Below, piece by piece: positions 9,287-19,090 of a stretch of DNA of 64,000 bases. The notes below the pieces were generated by a model that worked only from the letters and a program-made list of their open reading frames with translations, was not told the DNA's origin and did not search any database. The stretch comes from Thermodesulfobacteriota bacterium (GTDB lineage: Bacteria > Desulfobacterota_D > UBA1144 > Nemesobacterales > Nemesobacteraceae). The translations under genes were made by a program, and so were the position numbers. The stretch covers positions 1,568,001-1,632,000 of the forward strand of contig OZ241855.1 in NCBI GenBank assembly GCA_965202785.1. Direction: 5' to 3'. Each line of letters begins with the position of its first letter. Position 1 is the stretch's first letter.

Positions 9287-11020
9287 ATGAGGTTTTCTTC
9301 CTATTTCATACCCACGGTCAAAGAAGATCCTTCGGATGCCGAGATCGTAAGTCACAAGCTTATGGTAAGAGCAGGCATGATAAGAAAGCTTGCGGCCGGG
9401 ATCTACAACTACCTTCCTCTGGGACTCAGGTCCATAAGAAAAGTCGAGAACATAGTGCGGGAAGAAATGAACAGGGCGGGAGCCATAGAACTTCTTATGC
9501 CCGCGGTGCTTCCGGCTGAACCCTGGATCGAAAGCGCCAGATGGGACTACTACGGAAAGGAACTGCTTCGCTTCAAGGACCGCGCCGAGCGGGATTTCTG
9601 TCTGGGACCCACGCACGAGGAAATAATAACGGACATAGTCAGGAAGGAGATTCGTTCCTACAAACAGCTTCCCGTTAATTTTTACCAGATACAGACAAAG
9701 TTCAGAGATGAAATCCGTCCCCGCTTCGGGGTTATGAGGGCACGTGAGTTCATAATGAAAGATGCCTATAGCTTCGACGCTTCGGATGAGGGAGCGGATC
9801 GTTCCTACCAGGCGATGTACGACGCTTATGTACGTATATTTGAAAGGTGCGGGCTCGCGTTCAGCGTGGTTGCAGCCGATTCAGGAAACATCGGCGGAAG
9901 TTTCTCACATGAGTTCATGGTAACTGCCGACACCGGGGAAGACGTAATAATGAGTTCCACGGAGGCAGATTACGCCGCCAACCTCGAACTCGCAAAAATC
10001 GGCATTTCAGAAGACGAAAGGGAAGGATTAAGAACAACCTCGGGACTTGAGAATATCTCCGAGGTCCATACCCCGGACCTTAAGACGGTTGAGGATGTGG
10101 CGCAGCTTTTAAAAGTCGGGCCGGAGGAACTGATAAAGACTCTTATAGTACATACCGAAACGCAGCCGGTCGTTGCGCTTGTAAGAGGAGATACGGAACT
10201 CAGTCTAACCAAGCTCAGGAACTTTCTCGGATGTGATGTCGCAGAACTTGCCGATCCGCAGACAATTCTTGAGGTTTCAGGAGGCCCGCTTGGATTCAGC
10301 GGACCCGTGGGACTTAAGAGAAAGAACGTGAGGGTGATTGCGGACAAATCCGTTCGCAATATGAAAAACGCCGTAACGGGGGCCAACAAAGGCGACTATC
10401 ACGTAACCGGCGTTAACCCCGGGCGGGACTTTGAAGCCGATTCCTATGCGGACATAAGGGTGGCAAGGGAAGGGGACCCGTGCCCGGTTTCTGAAAACGG
10501 AGTTCTGAAGGCGTCAAGAGGCATCGAAGTTGGACATGTTTTCAAGCTCGGGACCAAGTACAGCGAAGCCATGGGAGCCACTTACGTAGATGAGAACGGA
10601 GTGGAAAAACCGCTTGTTATGGGTTGTTACGGAATCGGGATAGGAAGAACGGTAGCAGCAGCGATAGAACAGAATAACGATGAGTACGGAATAAAATTCC
10701 CTGTCCCCATAGCTCCGTTTGAAGTTTCCGTGCTTCCGATAAACATGAAGCAGCAGGATGTGAAGGATGCAGCGGAGAAAATATACTCAGCGCTTCTCCA
10801 CGATGGAGTGGATGTTCTTATTGATGACAGAGCGGAGACCGCTGGCGTGAAATTCAAAGACTCGGATCTGCTCGGAATCCCGATTCAGGTCACTGTCGGG
10901 CAAAGAAGCCTGAAAGAGGGCAAGGTGGAAATAAAGAATAGAAACTCCGGTGAGAGAATAAGCATTGTCGTAGAAGAAGTCTCGGGAGAAATTGCTGCCC
11001 TTTTGGCCAAAGAGAGATAA
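9287..11020 (+). CDS. proS: Proline--tRNA ligase
   Basis: LGPTHEE, FRDEIRPRFG, INS editing domain, GIEVGHVF, MGCYGIG. Confidence 0.97.
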   Translation: MRFSSYFIPTVKEDPSDAEIVSHKLMVRAGMIRKLAAGIYNYLPLGLRSIRKVENIVREEMNRAGAIELLMPAVLPAEPWIESARWDYYGKELLRFKDRAERDFCLGPTHEEIITDIVRKEIRSYKQLPVNFYQIQTKFRDEIRPRFGVMRAREFIMKDAYSFDASDEGADRSYQAMYDAYVRIFERCGLAFSVVAADSGNIGGSFSHEFMVTADTGEDVIMSSTEADYAANLELAKIGISEDEREGLRTTSGLENISEVHTPDLKTVEDVAQLLKVGPEELIKTLIVHTETQPVVALVRGDTELSLTKLRNFLGCDVAELADPQTILEVSGGPLGFSGPVGLKRKNVRVIADKSVRNMKNAVTGANKGDYHVTGVNPGRDFEADSYADIRVAREGDPCPVSENGVLKASRGIEVGHVFKLGTKYSEAMGATYVDENGVEKPLVMGCYGIGIGRTVAAAIEQNNDEYGIKFPVPIAPFEVSVLPINMKQQDVKDAAEKIYSALLHDGVDVLIDDRAETAGVKFKDSDLLGIPIQVTVGQRSLKEGKVEIKNRNSGERISIVVEEVSGEIAALLAKER

Positions 11021-11171
11021 GAAGAAGGGCCTCGGGGCGGAAATTTTGGGGTTTATATATTTCACCGTCCAAAAGTGTGATAAGATGTGAGCATGGGCTT
11101 AATGTGTTTTCCCTACGGAGCAAGTTCGAGATAATACTGCAGCGTCCGGACAGTATAGAGAAGCGCTTAAA

Positions 11172-11522
11172 ATGAGAGAGACAGCATTTAAAATCCAGAT
11201 CGATCACCTCAAAGGAGTCCTGATAATAAGCATATCCGGCGAGATCAAAGGCCTGAGCGGACGGGAATTTCACAGCACCATATTCCAGGAAATCCAGGGG
11301 CAGGACATTCCTATAGTTCTGGACCTCGAAGGGCTGACCTACATCAACAGCATGGGACTGCGCTCGATCCTGCTTGTCGCCAAAAGGCAGCAGGACAACA
11401 AAGCGAAATTCGCGGTGTGCTCCCTGTCCAAACCTATGAGAGAAATATTCGAGATCACGTGTTTTAACCGGATCATGCCGGTGCTTGAATCCCGCTCCGA
11501 AGCCATAGCAACCGTAACTTAA
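11172..11522 (+). CDS. STAS-domain anti-sigma factor antagonist
   Basis: VLDLEGLTYINSMGLR (phospho-Ser motif), 116 aa. Confidence 0.88.
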   Translation: MRETAFKIQIDHLKGVLIISISGEIKGLSGREFHSTIFQEIQGQDIPIVLDLEGLTYINSMGLRSILLVAKRQQDNKAKFAVCSLSKPMREIFEITCFNRIMPVLESRSEAIATVT

Positions 11523-11712
11523 AAGTCCGTCCATACAGGTAACGGATATCCGTAAACCCATACAGCGCAAATTCCTCCCTGAAAATCTTTATTGACAACG
11601 GCCAGTTCTGAACATAATAATATAGTACCAACTATCTGTTACTACACTTAAATCATCTGAAAAACAGGGGGGCTTAAACCATGAAACTTGCAGATATCTC
11701 CATGAGCAGAAT

Positions 11713-11723
11713 GGGGGGGGGGG
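11713..11723 (+). repeat. G11 homopolymer at the 5' end of the Cache gene
   Basis: 11 consecutive G immediately before ATG 11725. Confidence 0.85.
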
Positions 11724-11724
11724 T

Positions 11725-12951
11725 ATGAGGGTTTGGCGGCTCCTCCTTATATGCATAGGGATTACGGTCATTATACTGATTGCGAATGAGGTAAAGGCGC
11801 ATGAACTCGATAATCATCCGGCTGACAGCATAGTCGCATCCCAAGTAGACCAGAACAACGAGGAGCAGGTAAGAGCGCTACTGGAGCATCTTTCCGCCCA
11901 CTGGACGGGCATGGTCGTGGACGAAGGATATACCGTTGACTCCTTGCTTGCCTTCAGAACCATCCTCAGAATGAAAGCAGGACCATGGGCAAGCGATGAC
12001 TTGTACGTAATTCGGTTGAACTCAACTGAAAGCGACATAACCATTCACCCTTACCACCCGGCCGGGCAGAGCGGAAGACTTGACGACCCCGCAGGTATTG
12101 GACAAAGCCTTGCAGACAAAGCCACGGCCAACCCGGGAGAGATCCAATGTTCTCCCTACGCTCTCGATGGAGAGCAAAGAGTCGCCTGCGCGATCAGCAA
12201 CCCATTTTCCGGGAGAGGCATGCCCACCATAGGAACATTTATGGCAGGTTTTCACCATACCTTTGAGGATATAAACTTCGATCATATAGTGTGTCCAGAG
12301 GCTAACCCCAAGGTTACAGCGGCCGACGTGGTGGATGACGAGACCCTTGAGGACTTCGTAAGGGAAGCGACCTCTTACTTCCTGCCCATACTGCTAAGTG
12401 GAGATGCGCTTGTAAACCGTATATGCCTTAGAAGGTTCCCCTGGATAGATGGCCCCATATACCTGTTCAGGTCAGCTGTCGATTCGGGACAGGTTATCTT
12501 CCACGGAATATCCCCAGAGCTTGAAAACAACAGCTTCGCAGACCTCCGGGACCAGGCAGGCACCCTGATAGCAAGCCTCTTGAGGGAAGAGGCAAGATCC
12601 CAATCACCTTTGGAAGGCGGATTTGTGGAGTACTACTGGGACGACCCTACAACCCCTGATGACGACCTTGACGTCACCGACCCCGAGGTTTGTCCTACAG
12701 GCCCAAAGACATGCGCAACGGGAACGAGTTTGAAAAGGACATTCATTATTTCCATTCCCAAAGAGCTGTCTGGCCTCGGGGATGATATGTTCATGGCAGC
12801 CGGAAGGTATATCGAGGAAGAGTCAGAGGGCGGATGCAGCCTTACACGCGATGGGAAGAAGCCCAGCCCCCTCAGCTACCTCATAGCCCTGCTTTTCATA
12901 GGTGGGATCCTAGCTGTCAGTGTAACTGTAAAAGGAGAAACCAATGAATGA
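11725..12951 (+). CDS. Secreted tandem Cache-like domain protein with C-terminal GGC/TM sorting signal
   Basis: Signal peptide ending VKA; two repeats with W...Y(L/V)...H; IYLF..VIFHG..DLRD..GGFVEYYWDDP typical of single Cache; C-terminal EGGCS plus hydrophobic helix. Confidence 0.7.
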   Translation: MRVWRLLLICIGITVIILIANEVKAHELDNHPADSIVASQVDQNNEEQVRALLEHLSAHWTGMVVDEGYTVDSLLAFRTILRMKAGPWASDDLYVIRLNSTESDITIHPYHPAGQSGRLDDPAGIGQSLADKATANPGEIQCSPYALDGEQRVACAISNPFSGRGMPTIGTFMAGFHHTFEDINFDHIVCPEANPKVTAADVVDDETLEDFVREATSYFLPILLSGDALVNRICLRRFPWIDGPIYLFRSAVDSGQVIFHGISPELENNSFADLRDQAGTLIASLLREEARSQSPLEGGFVEYYWDDPTTPDDDLDVTDPEVCPTGPKTCATGTSLKRTFIISIPKELSGLGDDMFMAAGRYIEEESEGGCSLTRDGKKPSPLSYLIALLFIGGILAVSVTVKGETNE

Positions 12952-13117
12952 ACCAACAAACAGTCAAATACTTCAAGAGTTGAGAGAGGTTAAACAAGTA
13001 GTCTCAAACCCAGACGTCAAAGTCTCAAATTTCATCAAGTTTTATTTGATGACTTGGGTCAATGTTCAAGACTCCACTCATCGGCTTGGTAATTTTAGCC
13101 TTGACCTTCCCGGTTGA
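12944..13117 (+). pseudogene. Small coiled-coil/TM protein, apparently frameshifted
   Basis: AAAGGAGA RBS, then MNEPTNSQILQELREVKQVVSNPDVKVSN...MTWV; a hydrophobic continuation (MFKTPLIGLVILALTFP) lies in the +1 frame from 13062. Confidence 0.45.
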
Positions 13118-13134
13118 CTTTTCTTTGATTCCTA

Positions 13135-13262
13135 CAACGGGAGGCATACTCAACATCGGCAACGAGGGTCAGTCCCGTCTCGATCAGGATGAAGATCAGG
13201 TGCTGTATCTGGATTCCATGCTGGGACGAACACTGTTTCTTACTACCAAGTTTGACCTTTAA
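13135..13262 (+). pseudogene. C-terminal remnant of a TonB-dependent receptor
   Basis: GGILNIGNEG...LYLDSMLGRTLFLTTKFDL* resembles the TBDR terminal G.xNx.D...GRT.F beta-strand signature. Confidence 0.5.
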
Positions 13263-13269
13263 TACTTAG

Positions 13270-15864
13270 CTATTTCCTTTCGAAAATGAAGTTCCCTTCT
13301 TTGCCCAGATCCACTTTCACCGTGGTTGAATCCTTGAAATTTCCTTTCAATATCTGGTTTGCGAGCGGATCCTGTATGTATTTCTGTACGGCACGTTTAA
13401 GCGGTCTTGCCCCGAAAACGGGATCGTAACCAATATCAACCAGCCTTGTAACGGCTTTCTCGGAGAGTTCCATGGCGAGATTTTTCTCCGCAAGCCTCTC
13501 TCTTAGATATCCTATCTGGATCTCGGCTATCTTAATGAGGTCTGTTTTTTTCAGACCGCTGAATATGACAACTTCGTCAATTCTGTTTAGAAATTCGGGA
13601 CGAAAATAATTCCTGAGCATCTCGCTTACTTTATTTTCCATTTCCTCGCTGCTCCCTGACGATTCCTGTATGTTCTGGCTTCCCAGGTTCGAGGTCATTA
13701 TTATTACGGTGTTGCGGAAGTCCACGGTTCTCCCCCGTCCATCGGTCAGTCTTCCGTCGTCAAGAATCTGAAGCAGGAGGTTAAATACATCGGAGTGCGC
13801 TTTTTCTATCTCGTCAAAAAGCACCACGGAGTAGGGTCGTCTCCTCACGGTTTCCGAGAGCTGTCCCCCTTCCTCGTATCCGACATACCCGGGAGGAGCT
13901 CCGATCAGTCTTGATACTGAGTGCTTCTCCATATACTCGCTCATGTCAATTCGTACAATCGCATCTTCATCGTCAAACATGAATTCGGCAAGCGATCTGG
14001 CAAGTTCAGTTTTCCCGACCCCTGTAGGCCCGAGGAATATAAACGAGCTTATCGGCCTTTTCGGATCGGAGAGGCCGGCCCTTGACCTGCGAAGCGCGTT
14101 TGAGACCAGACTTATGGGCTCCGGCTGTCCCACCACCCGCTTCGAGAGTCTTTCTTCCATATGAACGAGCTTCTCGACCTCCTCCTCAACCAGGCTTGAT
14201 ACCGGTATTCCCGTCCATTTCGATACAACCGCGGCTATATCCTCGGCACTTACTTCCTCGCGAAGCATCTTCCTTTGACTCTGTATTTCGGAAAGCTCCG
14301 CGCCTAGGCTCTCCATATTTTTCTCAAGCTCCGGGATTCTGCCGTAAAGAAATTCCGATGCGCGGGAGAGGTCTCCTTCTCTCTGTGCTCTCTCCGCATC
14401 CATTCTTCCGGTTTCTATTTCTTCCTTGGTCTTTCTTATCCTCGATATGCAGTCTTTTTCCTTCTGCCAGTGCGTCTCAAGTGTCTCTGCTTCCTCTTTT
14501 AGTTCTGAGAGGTTTTTTTCAATCCTTTTAAGCTTTCCAAGAAGTTCAGGCTCCTGCTCTTTTCTGAATCCCTCCCTTTCTATCTCAAGGCGCATTATCT
14601 TTCTTTTTATTTCATCTATCTCCGTCGGCACGGAGTCAATCTCCATCTTGAGCCGCGCCGAAGCCTCATCCATGAGATCAACGGCCTTATCCGGCAGAAA
14701 CCGCCCGGAGATATACCTGTTTGAAAGCTGGGAGGCGGCAACAAGGGCTTCATCCTTGATTTTTACGCCGTGATGAACTTCATATTTTTCCTTAAGGCCC
14801 CTTAGTATTGACACGGTTTCCTCCACGGAAGGTTCATCAACATAGACCTGCTGGAACCTGCGCTCAAGGGCTGCGTCCTTTTCTATGTGATTTCTGTATT
14901 CATCAAGAGTGGTCGCACCTATGCAGTGAAGTTCTCCACGTGCCAAGGCCGGCTTTAGCATGTTTGACGCGTCCATAGCTCCATCGGCCGCTCCGGCTCC
15001 AACTACGGTGTGTATCTCGTCTATGAAAAGAATTATCTCTCCTCGGGATTCCGTGACTTCGTTTAATACGGCCTTGAGTCTCTCCTCGAACTGTCCCCTG
15101 TACTTTGCTCCTGCAAGCAGGGACCCCAGATCAAGGGAAACCAGCTTTTTGTCTTTAAGTCCCTCGGGAACGTCAGAGTCAACCATGCGCTGGGCGAGCC
15201 CTTCGACTATGGCCGTTTTCCCCACTCCGGGTTCCCCTATAAGTACCGGGTTGTTCTTCGTTCTTCGAAGAAGTACCCGGATCACGTTTCTTATCTCGTC
15301 GTCTCTTCCTATGACAGGATCTATCTTCCCGCTTCGGGCAAGTTCGGTGAAATCCTTTCCGTACTGGCGAAGCGGCTCCATGGTGTCTTCAGGATTCTGC
15401 GTGTTCACTGTCTGGTTACCTCTCAGTTCTTTCAGTACTTTTAAGATTCCTTCCTTAGTCACCCCTGATTCTGAAAATCCGTTTCTCAGCGCCCCGGAGG
15501 CGTGAGAAACAACTCCAATCAACAGATGTTCCGTGCTTACGTATGCATCTCCAAGATGCTGGGCTTCCTTCTCGGCTGACCGGATGGCAGAGCCAAGCTC
15601 TCTGCTCATGTATATCTGGTCGGAGGACTCTCTTGCCTTGGGAAGCCTGGATATTTGCTCTTCTGCCGTCCGCACAAGCACTTTGGGATCCGACCCCAGG
15701 CGTTCCAGGATTTTGGTCGGCATCCCGGGCTGACTCCCAAGGGCCGCGAACAGATGGGGCAGGTCAATTACCTGATTTCCGCTCTCGCTAGCCGCGTTTT
15801 GAGCCTCCAAGATAGCTTCTTGCGCTTTCAAAGTGAATTTTTCGGGCGAAATCATCTCAGACAC
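13270..15864 (-). CDS. clpB: Chaperone ClpB
   Basis: Clp N domain, two AAA+ modules ([16 protein letters not shown]), coiled-coil M domain, GARPLKR; 864 aa. Confidence 0.97.
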   Translation of the reverse strand: MSEMISPEKFTLKAQEAILEAQNAASESGNQVIDLPHLFAALGSQPGMPTKILERLGSDPKVLVRTAEEQISRLPKARESSDQIYMSRELGSAIRSAEKEAQHLGDAYVSTEHLLIGVVSHASGALRNGFSESGVTKEGILKVLKELRGNQTVNTQNPEDTMEPLRQYGKDFTELARSGKIDPVIGRDDEIRNVIRVLLRRTKNNPVLIGEPGVGKTAIVEGLAQRMVDSDVPEGLKDKKLVSLDLGSLLAGAKYRGQFEERLKAVLNEVTESRGEIILFIDEIHTVVGAGAADGAMDASNMLKPALARGELHCIGATTLDEYRNHIEKDAALERRFQQVYVDEPSVEETVSILRGLKEKYEVHHGVKIKDEALVAASQLSNRYISGRFLPDKAVDLMDEASARLKMEIDSVPTEIDEIKRKIMRLEIEREGFRKEQEPELLGKLKRIEKNLSELKEEAETLETHWQKEKDCISRIRKTKEEIETGRMDAERAQREGDLSRASEFLYGRIPELEKNMESLGAELSEIQSQRKMLREEVSAEDIAAVVSKWTGIPVSSLVEEEVEKLVHMEERLSKRVVGQPEPISLVSNALRRSRAGLSDPKRPISSFIFLGPTGVGKTELARSLAEFMFDDEDAIVRIDMSEYMEKHSVSRLIGAPPGYVGYEEGGQLSETVRRRPYSVVLFDEIEKAHSDVFNLLLQILDDGRLTDGRGRTVDFRNTVIIMTSNLGSQNIQESSGSSEEMENKVSEMLRNYFRPEFLNRIDEVVIFSGLKKTDLIKIAEIQIGYLRERLAEKNLAMELSEKAVTRLVDIGYDPVFGARPLKRAVQKYIQDPLANQILKGNFKDSTTVKVDLGKEGNFIFERK

Positions 15865-16037
15865 AAAATAATTCTTCTCTGCGCGGAATCAAGGAATCGC
15901 CTGAAATTGAAAACCGGGGGAGGTATATAAAAAGATTGCGCAATAGACCCCGAATGCGGTTAAAACACCGTACGCACAACTTGGCTGCACAGAAAAAAAC
16001 GGGAGATTTAAAGAGCGCTGATTAAAACGTGTCTGCG

Positions 16038-17192
16038 TTATTTCCCGAGGATGCTCACAACACAGGTAATTCCGTCCATGGCGGGCTGGGCGCCTCCCAT
16101 GGTTTCGATGATGCCGACTTTCGCGTCTTTTACCTGACGTTCCGGCTCAACTTCCTCTCGCAGCTGTTTCACGATCTCGGCAGTCTGAAGAAGTCCGGTA
16201 GCTCCGACCGGATGTCCCCGTGAAAGCAGGCCCCCGCTAGGATTAACTGCGACTCTATCGCCTCCAACCCACGTGCTTTTTTCGTCTATGAGGGTCGCTC
16301 CCTCTCCCTTCTCGCAGAAGCCGAGAGATTCAACAACCATCATCTCCGCTATTGAGAAAGCATCGTGAATTTCAGCCACGTCCATGTCCTCGGGTCCCAG
16401 TCCCGCCATTTCGTAAGCCATCTGGGAAGTTCTCCAGACGTTCTCGGAAGGATCACAGGTAAGACCCGTGGGGCTGCTGTATTTGCCCGACTGCGCGACG
16501 CAGCCCAGGATTTTTATCGGCATCTTTTTAGCGAGCTCTCCGACATGTTCCTCGGAACACAGCACCGCGGCAGCGGCGGCGTCTCCGACGGGACAGCACA
16601 TGTTCCGCGTAAGCGGGTCGGCGATAACCGGCGCGTTGAGTACTTCCTCCACGGTCGTAGGCTTTCTGTACTGGGCAAGGGGGTTAAGCGAAGCATGATG
16701 GCGACTCTTTACGACGACTTCCGCCAGCTGCTCCAACGTGACTCCGTATTCTTCCATATATTTTGAAGCTCTTATGGCGTAGAGTCCGGGCATTCCCATG
16801 CCGATTGACACCTCAAGGTCATCTTCCTCAAGGGGCAGGGGGCCACCGGAGAGAATTCTGCTCAGATTCTCAACGCCGAGAGCGAGCGCTATGTCGTACT
16901 GACCGTAGGCTATGGTTCTCCAGGCTTCCCAAAGGGAAAGCGTTCCGCTCCCGCAGGCTCCCTCCACGTTTATGGTGGGCTGTCCGACGAGTCCTATATC
17001 CTTAAGCGCTCTCTGCCCGACTCCCATGCCCTGGTAGACATGGCCGCAAAAGGCGATTTCTATCTTTCGCGCGTGAATTCCCGAGTCCTGTATCGCGGCC
17101 CATGCGGCTTCTCTTGCGAGAATGTGAGCCGGTTTGTCGGGAAATCTTCCGCAGGCGGTGTTTCCCACTCCTATGATGTATACGTCTCTCAT
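16038..17192 (-). CDS. Thiolase family protein (SCP2/SCP-x type)
   Basis: NVEGACGSG, EIHDAF, VNPSGGLLSRGHPVGATG. Confidence 0.9.
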   Translation of the reverse strand: MRDVYIIGVGNTACGRFPDKPAHILAREAAWAAIQDSGIHARKIEIAFCGHVYQGMGVGQRALKDIGLVGQPTINVEGACGSGTLSLWEAWRTIAYGQYDIALALGVENLSRILSGGPLPLEEDDLEVSIGMGMPGLYAIRASKYMEEYGVTLEQLAEVVVKSRHHASLNPLAQYRKPTTVEEVLNAPVIADPLTRNMCCPVGDAAAAAVLCSEEHVGELAKKMPIKILGCVAQSGKYSSPTGLTCDPSENVWRTSQMAYEMAGLGPEDMDVAEIHDAFSIAEMMVVESLGFCEKGEGATLIDEKSTWVGGDRVAVNPSGGLLSRGHPVGATGLLQTAEIVKQLREEVEPERQVKDAKVGIIETMGGAQPAMDGITCVVSILGK

Positions 17193-17379
17193 TAATAACT
17201 CCTCCTGCTTGCGCTATAAATTCGGCGATAAATGTATACCAAATTATCCATATTGTAAAATTTGAGGATTTTTGATTTTTGATGATGAAATTTCCATGAT
17301 TTAGTGGTATGATGTTCGGAGATGTTAAACAGTTTTAGCTTTATTTTGAAGAAAAATACCCAGATAGGAGGTTATTAAT

Positions 17380-18396
17380 ATGAGTGATGTACCAAGTGCC
17401 AGCGAAGTTGGTAATATCATGGACACCTTCAGTTCCATAGGACTAAGAAGGTCCATCAGGTGGTATGAACCGAATCAGACCGTTGAGAAGTGGAAGGTTC
17501 AGGCCATGCTGGAAGCTGCCAGGCTTTCTCCTACGGCAGGCAACTTCAATGGGCAAAGAGCAATAGTTGTATACAGGGATGAAGATCCGGAAATATGGGA
17601 GTTTATATCCGACTGGAGTCAGATCACAACGCAGATGGCTCCCGTGCTTATCTTCTGGTGCTATGACATGGGCAACTACGACACAATGGGTCAGTCTATC
17701 CACGACCTTCTAAGAACCGGAGCACTCGATAAGGCGCATGGCTGGGAATATGACAGGGTATCCAGACTGTTCCCGCTTCCTGCAATGCTTCCAGATGCGG
17801 TACTGCACCGGCTTGCCGCAATCGATCTTGGAAACGCGATACAGAATGCCTGTCTTGTTGCGACATCTTTGGGTCTCGGAACCTGTCTTAACGGTGCCAG
17901 CGGTGGAGCCAGAAGGAACACGAAAGCAAAATTCAATCTTCCGGACACTTACGTGTTCAGCTGGCTTATGACCGTCGGCTATCCCGCGGAGAGCATAGAC
18001 GGCGGCGGAGCGAGGAGCCGTCCCCCGTTTGAAACCATGTTCTTCGAAAAACAGGTCGGAAACCCGTTCGAGAGAAATCCCGAGGTAGTAAAGCTTCTTG
18101 AGGATCTGAATATGCTTCAGCCGGCAGGACCCCTTCCCGGAAGACTTGAGGAGATCAACAAGCTTACCAGACGTTTCGGTCTCGGAGACGAGTGGCTTAC
18201 GGACTGGCAGCTTGAAGGGTCCCAGCTTGGAGACCTTGCGGGAGACAAGAAACCTGCCCCCCTCAGTGCCGAGGAAATTCAGGCTACGGTCGCAGGTGCA
18301 TCCGCTGACCCCTCGGGCTTTACCCTCAAACCGACGGTAAAGCGGGAGGAGATCCAGAAGTACAGAGAGGCAAAAGGCATAGGAGATGCCGACTAG
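17380..18396 (+). CDS. Nitroreductase-family flavoprotein with long C-terminal extension
   Basis: RRSIR FMN motif, EAARLSPTAGN, SLGLGTC, TVGYP; strong GGAGG RBS. Confidence 0.87.
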   Translation: MSDVPSASEVGNIMDTFSSIGLRRSIRWYEPNQTVEKWKVQAMLEAARLSPTAGNFNGQRAIVVYRDEDPEIWEFISDWSQITTQMAPVLIFWCYDMGNYDTMGQSIHDLLRTGALDKAHGWEYDRVSRLFPLPAMLPDAVLHRLAAIDLGNAIQNACLVATSLGLGTCLNGASGGARRNTKAKFNLPDTYVFSWLMTVGYPAESIDGGGARSRPPFETMFFEKQVGNPFERNPEVVKLLEDLNMLQPAGPLPGRLEEINKLTRRFGLGDEWLTDWQLEGSQLGDLAGDKKPAPLSAEEIQATVAGASADPSGFTLKPTVKREEIQKYREAKGIGDAD

Positions 18397-18429
18397 TTCT
18401 AAACAAAAAAAAACAAGGAGGTTTTGGTA

Positions 18430-18621
18430 ATGGCAGAGATAACGCTCAATATTCCAGATCCGATTCATGACAGAATAAAGAGAAGGGCCGAGCAAACCAA
18501 AAACAGCGACATTGGTATTATAATCGCTACTCTGGCTCTTACTTTCGGCGCTGCGTTTTATGACCATACAAAGTGGCTCCAGAATCTAGATGGAGTGGAC
18601 GACAAGTCCAAGCCCTGGTAA
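18430..18621 (+). CDS. 63-aa protein with ribbon-helix-helix-like N-terminus
   Basis: AAGGAGG RBS; ITLNIPDPIHDRIKRRAEQ..S.IGIII pattern; followed by a terminator. Confidence 0.65.
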   Translation: MAEITLNIPDPIHDRIKRRAEQTKNSDIGIIIATLALTFGAAFYDHTKWLQNLDGVDDKSKPW

Positions 18622-18645
18622 GGTCACGGAAGTAAAAAACAGTTT

Positions 18646-18688
18646 GAAAAAAGGGGATGTTCGTGGAGACGGGCATCCCCTTTTTTTC
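18646..18688 (+). terminator. Intrinsic (bidirectional-type) terminator
   Basis: GAAAAAAGGGGATG...CATCCCCTTTTTTTC hairpin with U tract. Confidence 0.8.
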
Positions 18689-18801
18689 TCCGTCGTGGCA
18701 ACGAACGGGCATTAAGGGAAGAGAAAAGACAGTAAAAAGGCAAAAGGCGCAAACACGCCACAGAGCCGTTCCGTCCGGGCTGGATTCCGCTAACGACGCT
18801 T

Positions 18802-19068
18802 TTATTTCCACATCGCTCCAAAGGGAAGCAGCCAGAGACCTTCACCGAACGAACCGGCGATTTTTCCCGAATACAGAACGATGCCGACAAAGGGACGGTC
18901 CCCGGCAATTTTTTCCCTGAACCATCTCAGGTGCCGGAAGTCATTTCTCCCCGCCGTCGTACCTGTTTTCACCTCAACGCCCAGTATGGCACCGTCATCG
19001 CACTCAACGAGAAAGTCGATTTCTCGGCGATCCCGGTCGCGATAGTGGTAGAGCCTGTATTCACCGTT
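18802..19068 (-). pseudogene. C-terminal fragment of a DUF4143-type AAA+ ATPase/PD-(D/E)xK protein
   Basis: Manual translation NGEYRLYHYRDRDRREIDFLVECDDGAILGVEVKTG...FVGIVLYSG...GLWLLPFGAMWK*; in-frame TGA immediately upstream and no ATPase domain. Confidence 0.8.
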
Positions 19069-19090
19069 TCAGTCACCCTGATTTCAGCAT

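Noticed and set aside
10890-11570. 226-aa minus-strand ORF
   Set aside because: Shadow of the STAS gene and the proS end.
17710-18567. 285-aa minus-strand ORF
   Set aside because: Overlaps the nitroreductase and mini-gene antisense; no recognisable features.
17380-18621. RiPP cluster (azoline dehydrogenase plus precursor)
   Set aside because: No YcaO/E1 enzyme, protease or transporter; the peptide has no Cys or Ser/Thr-rich core.
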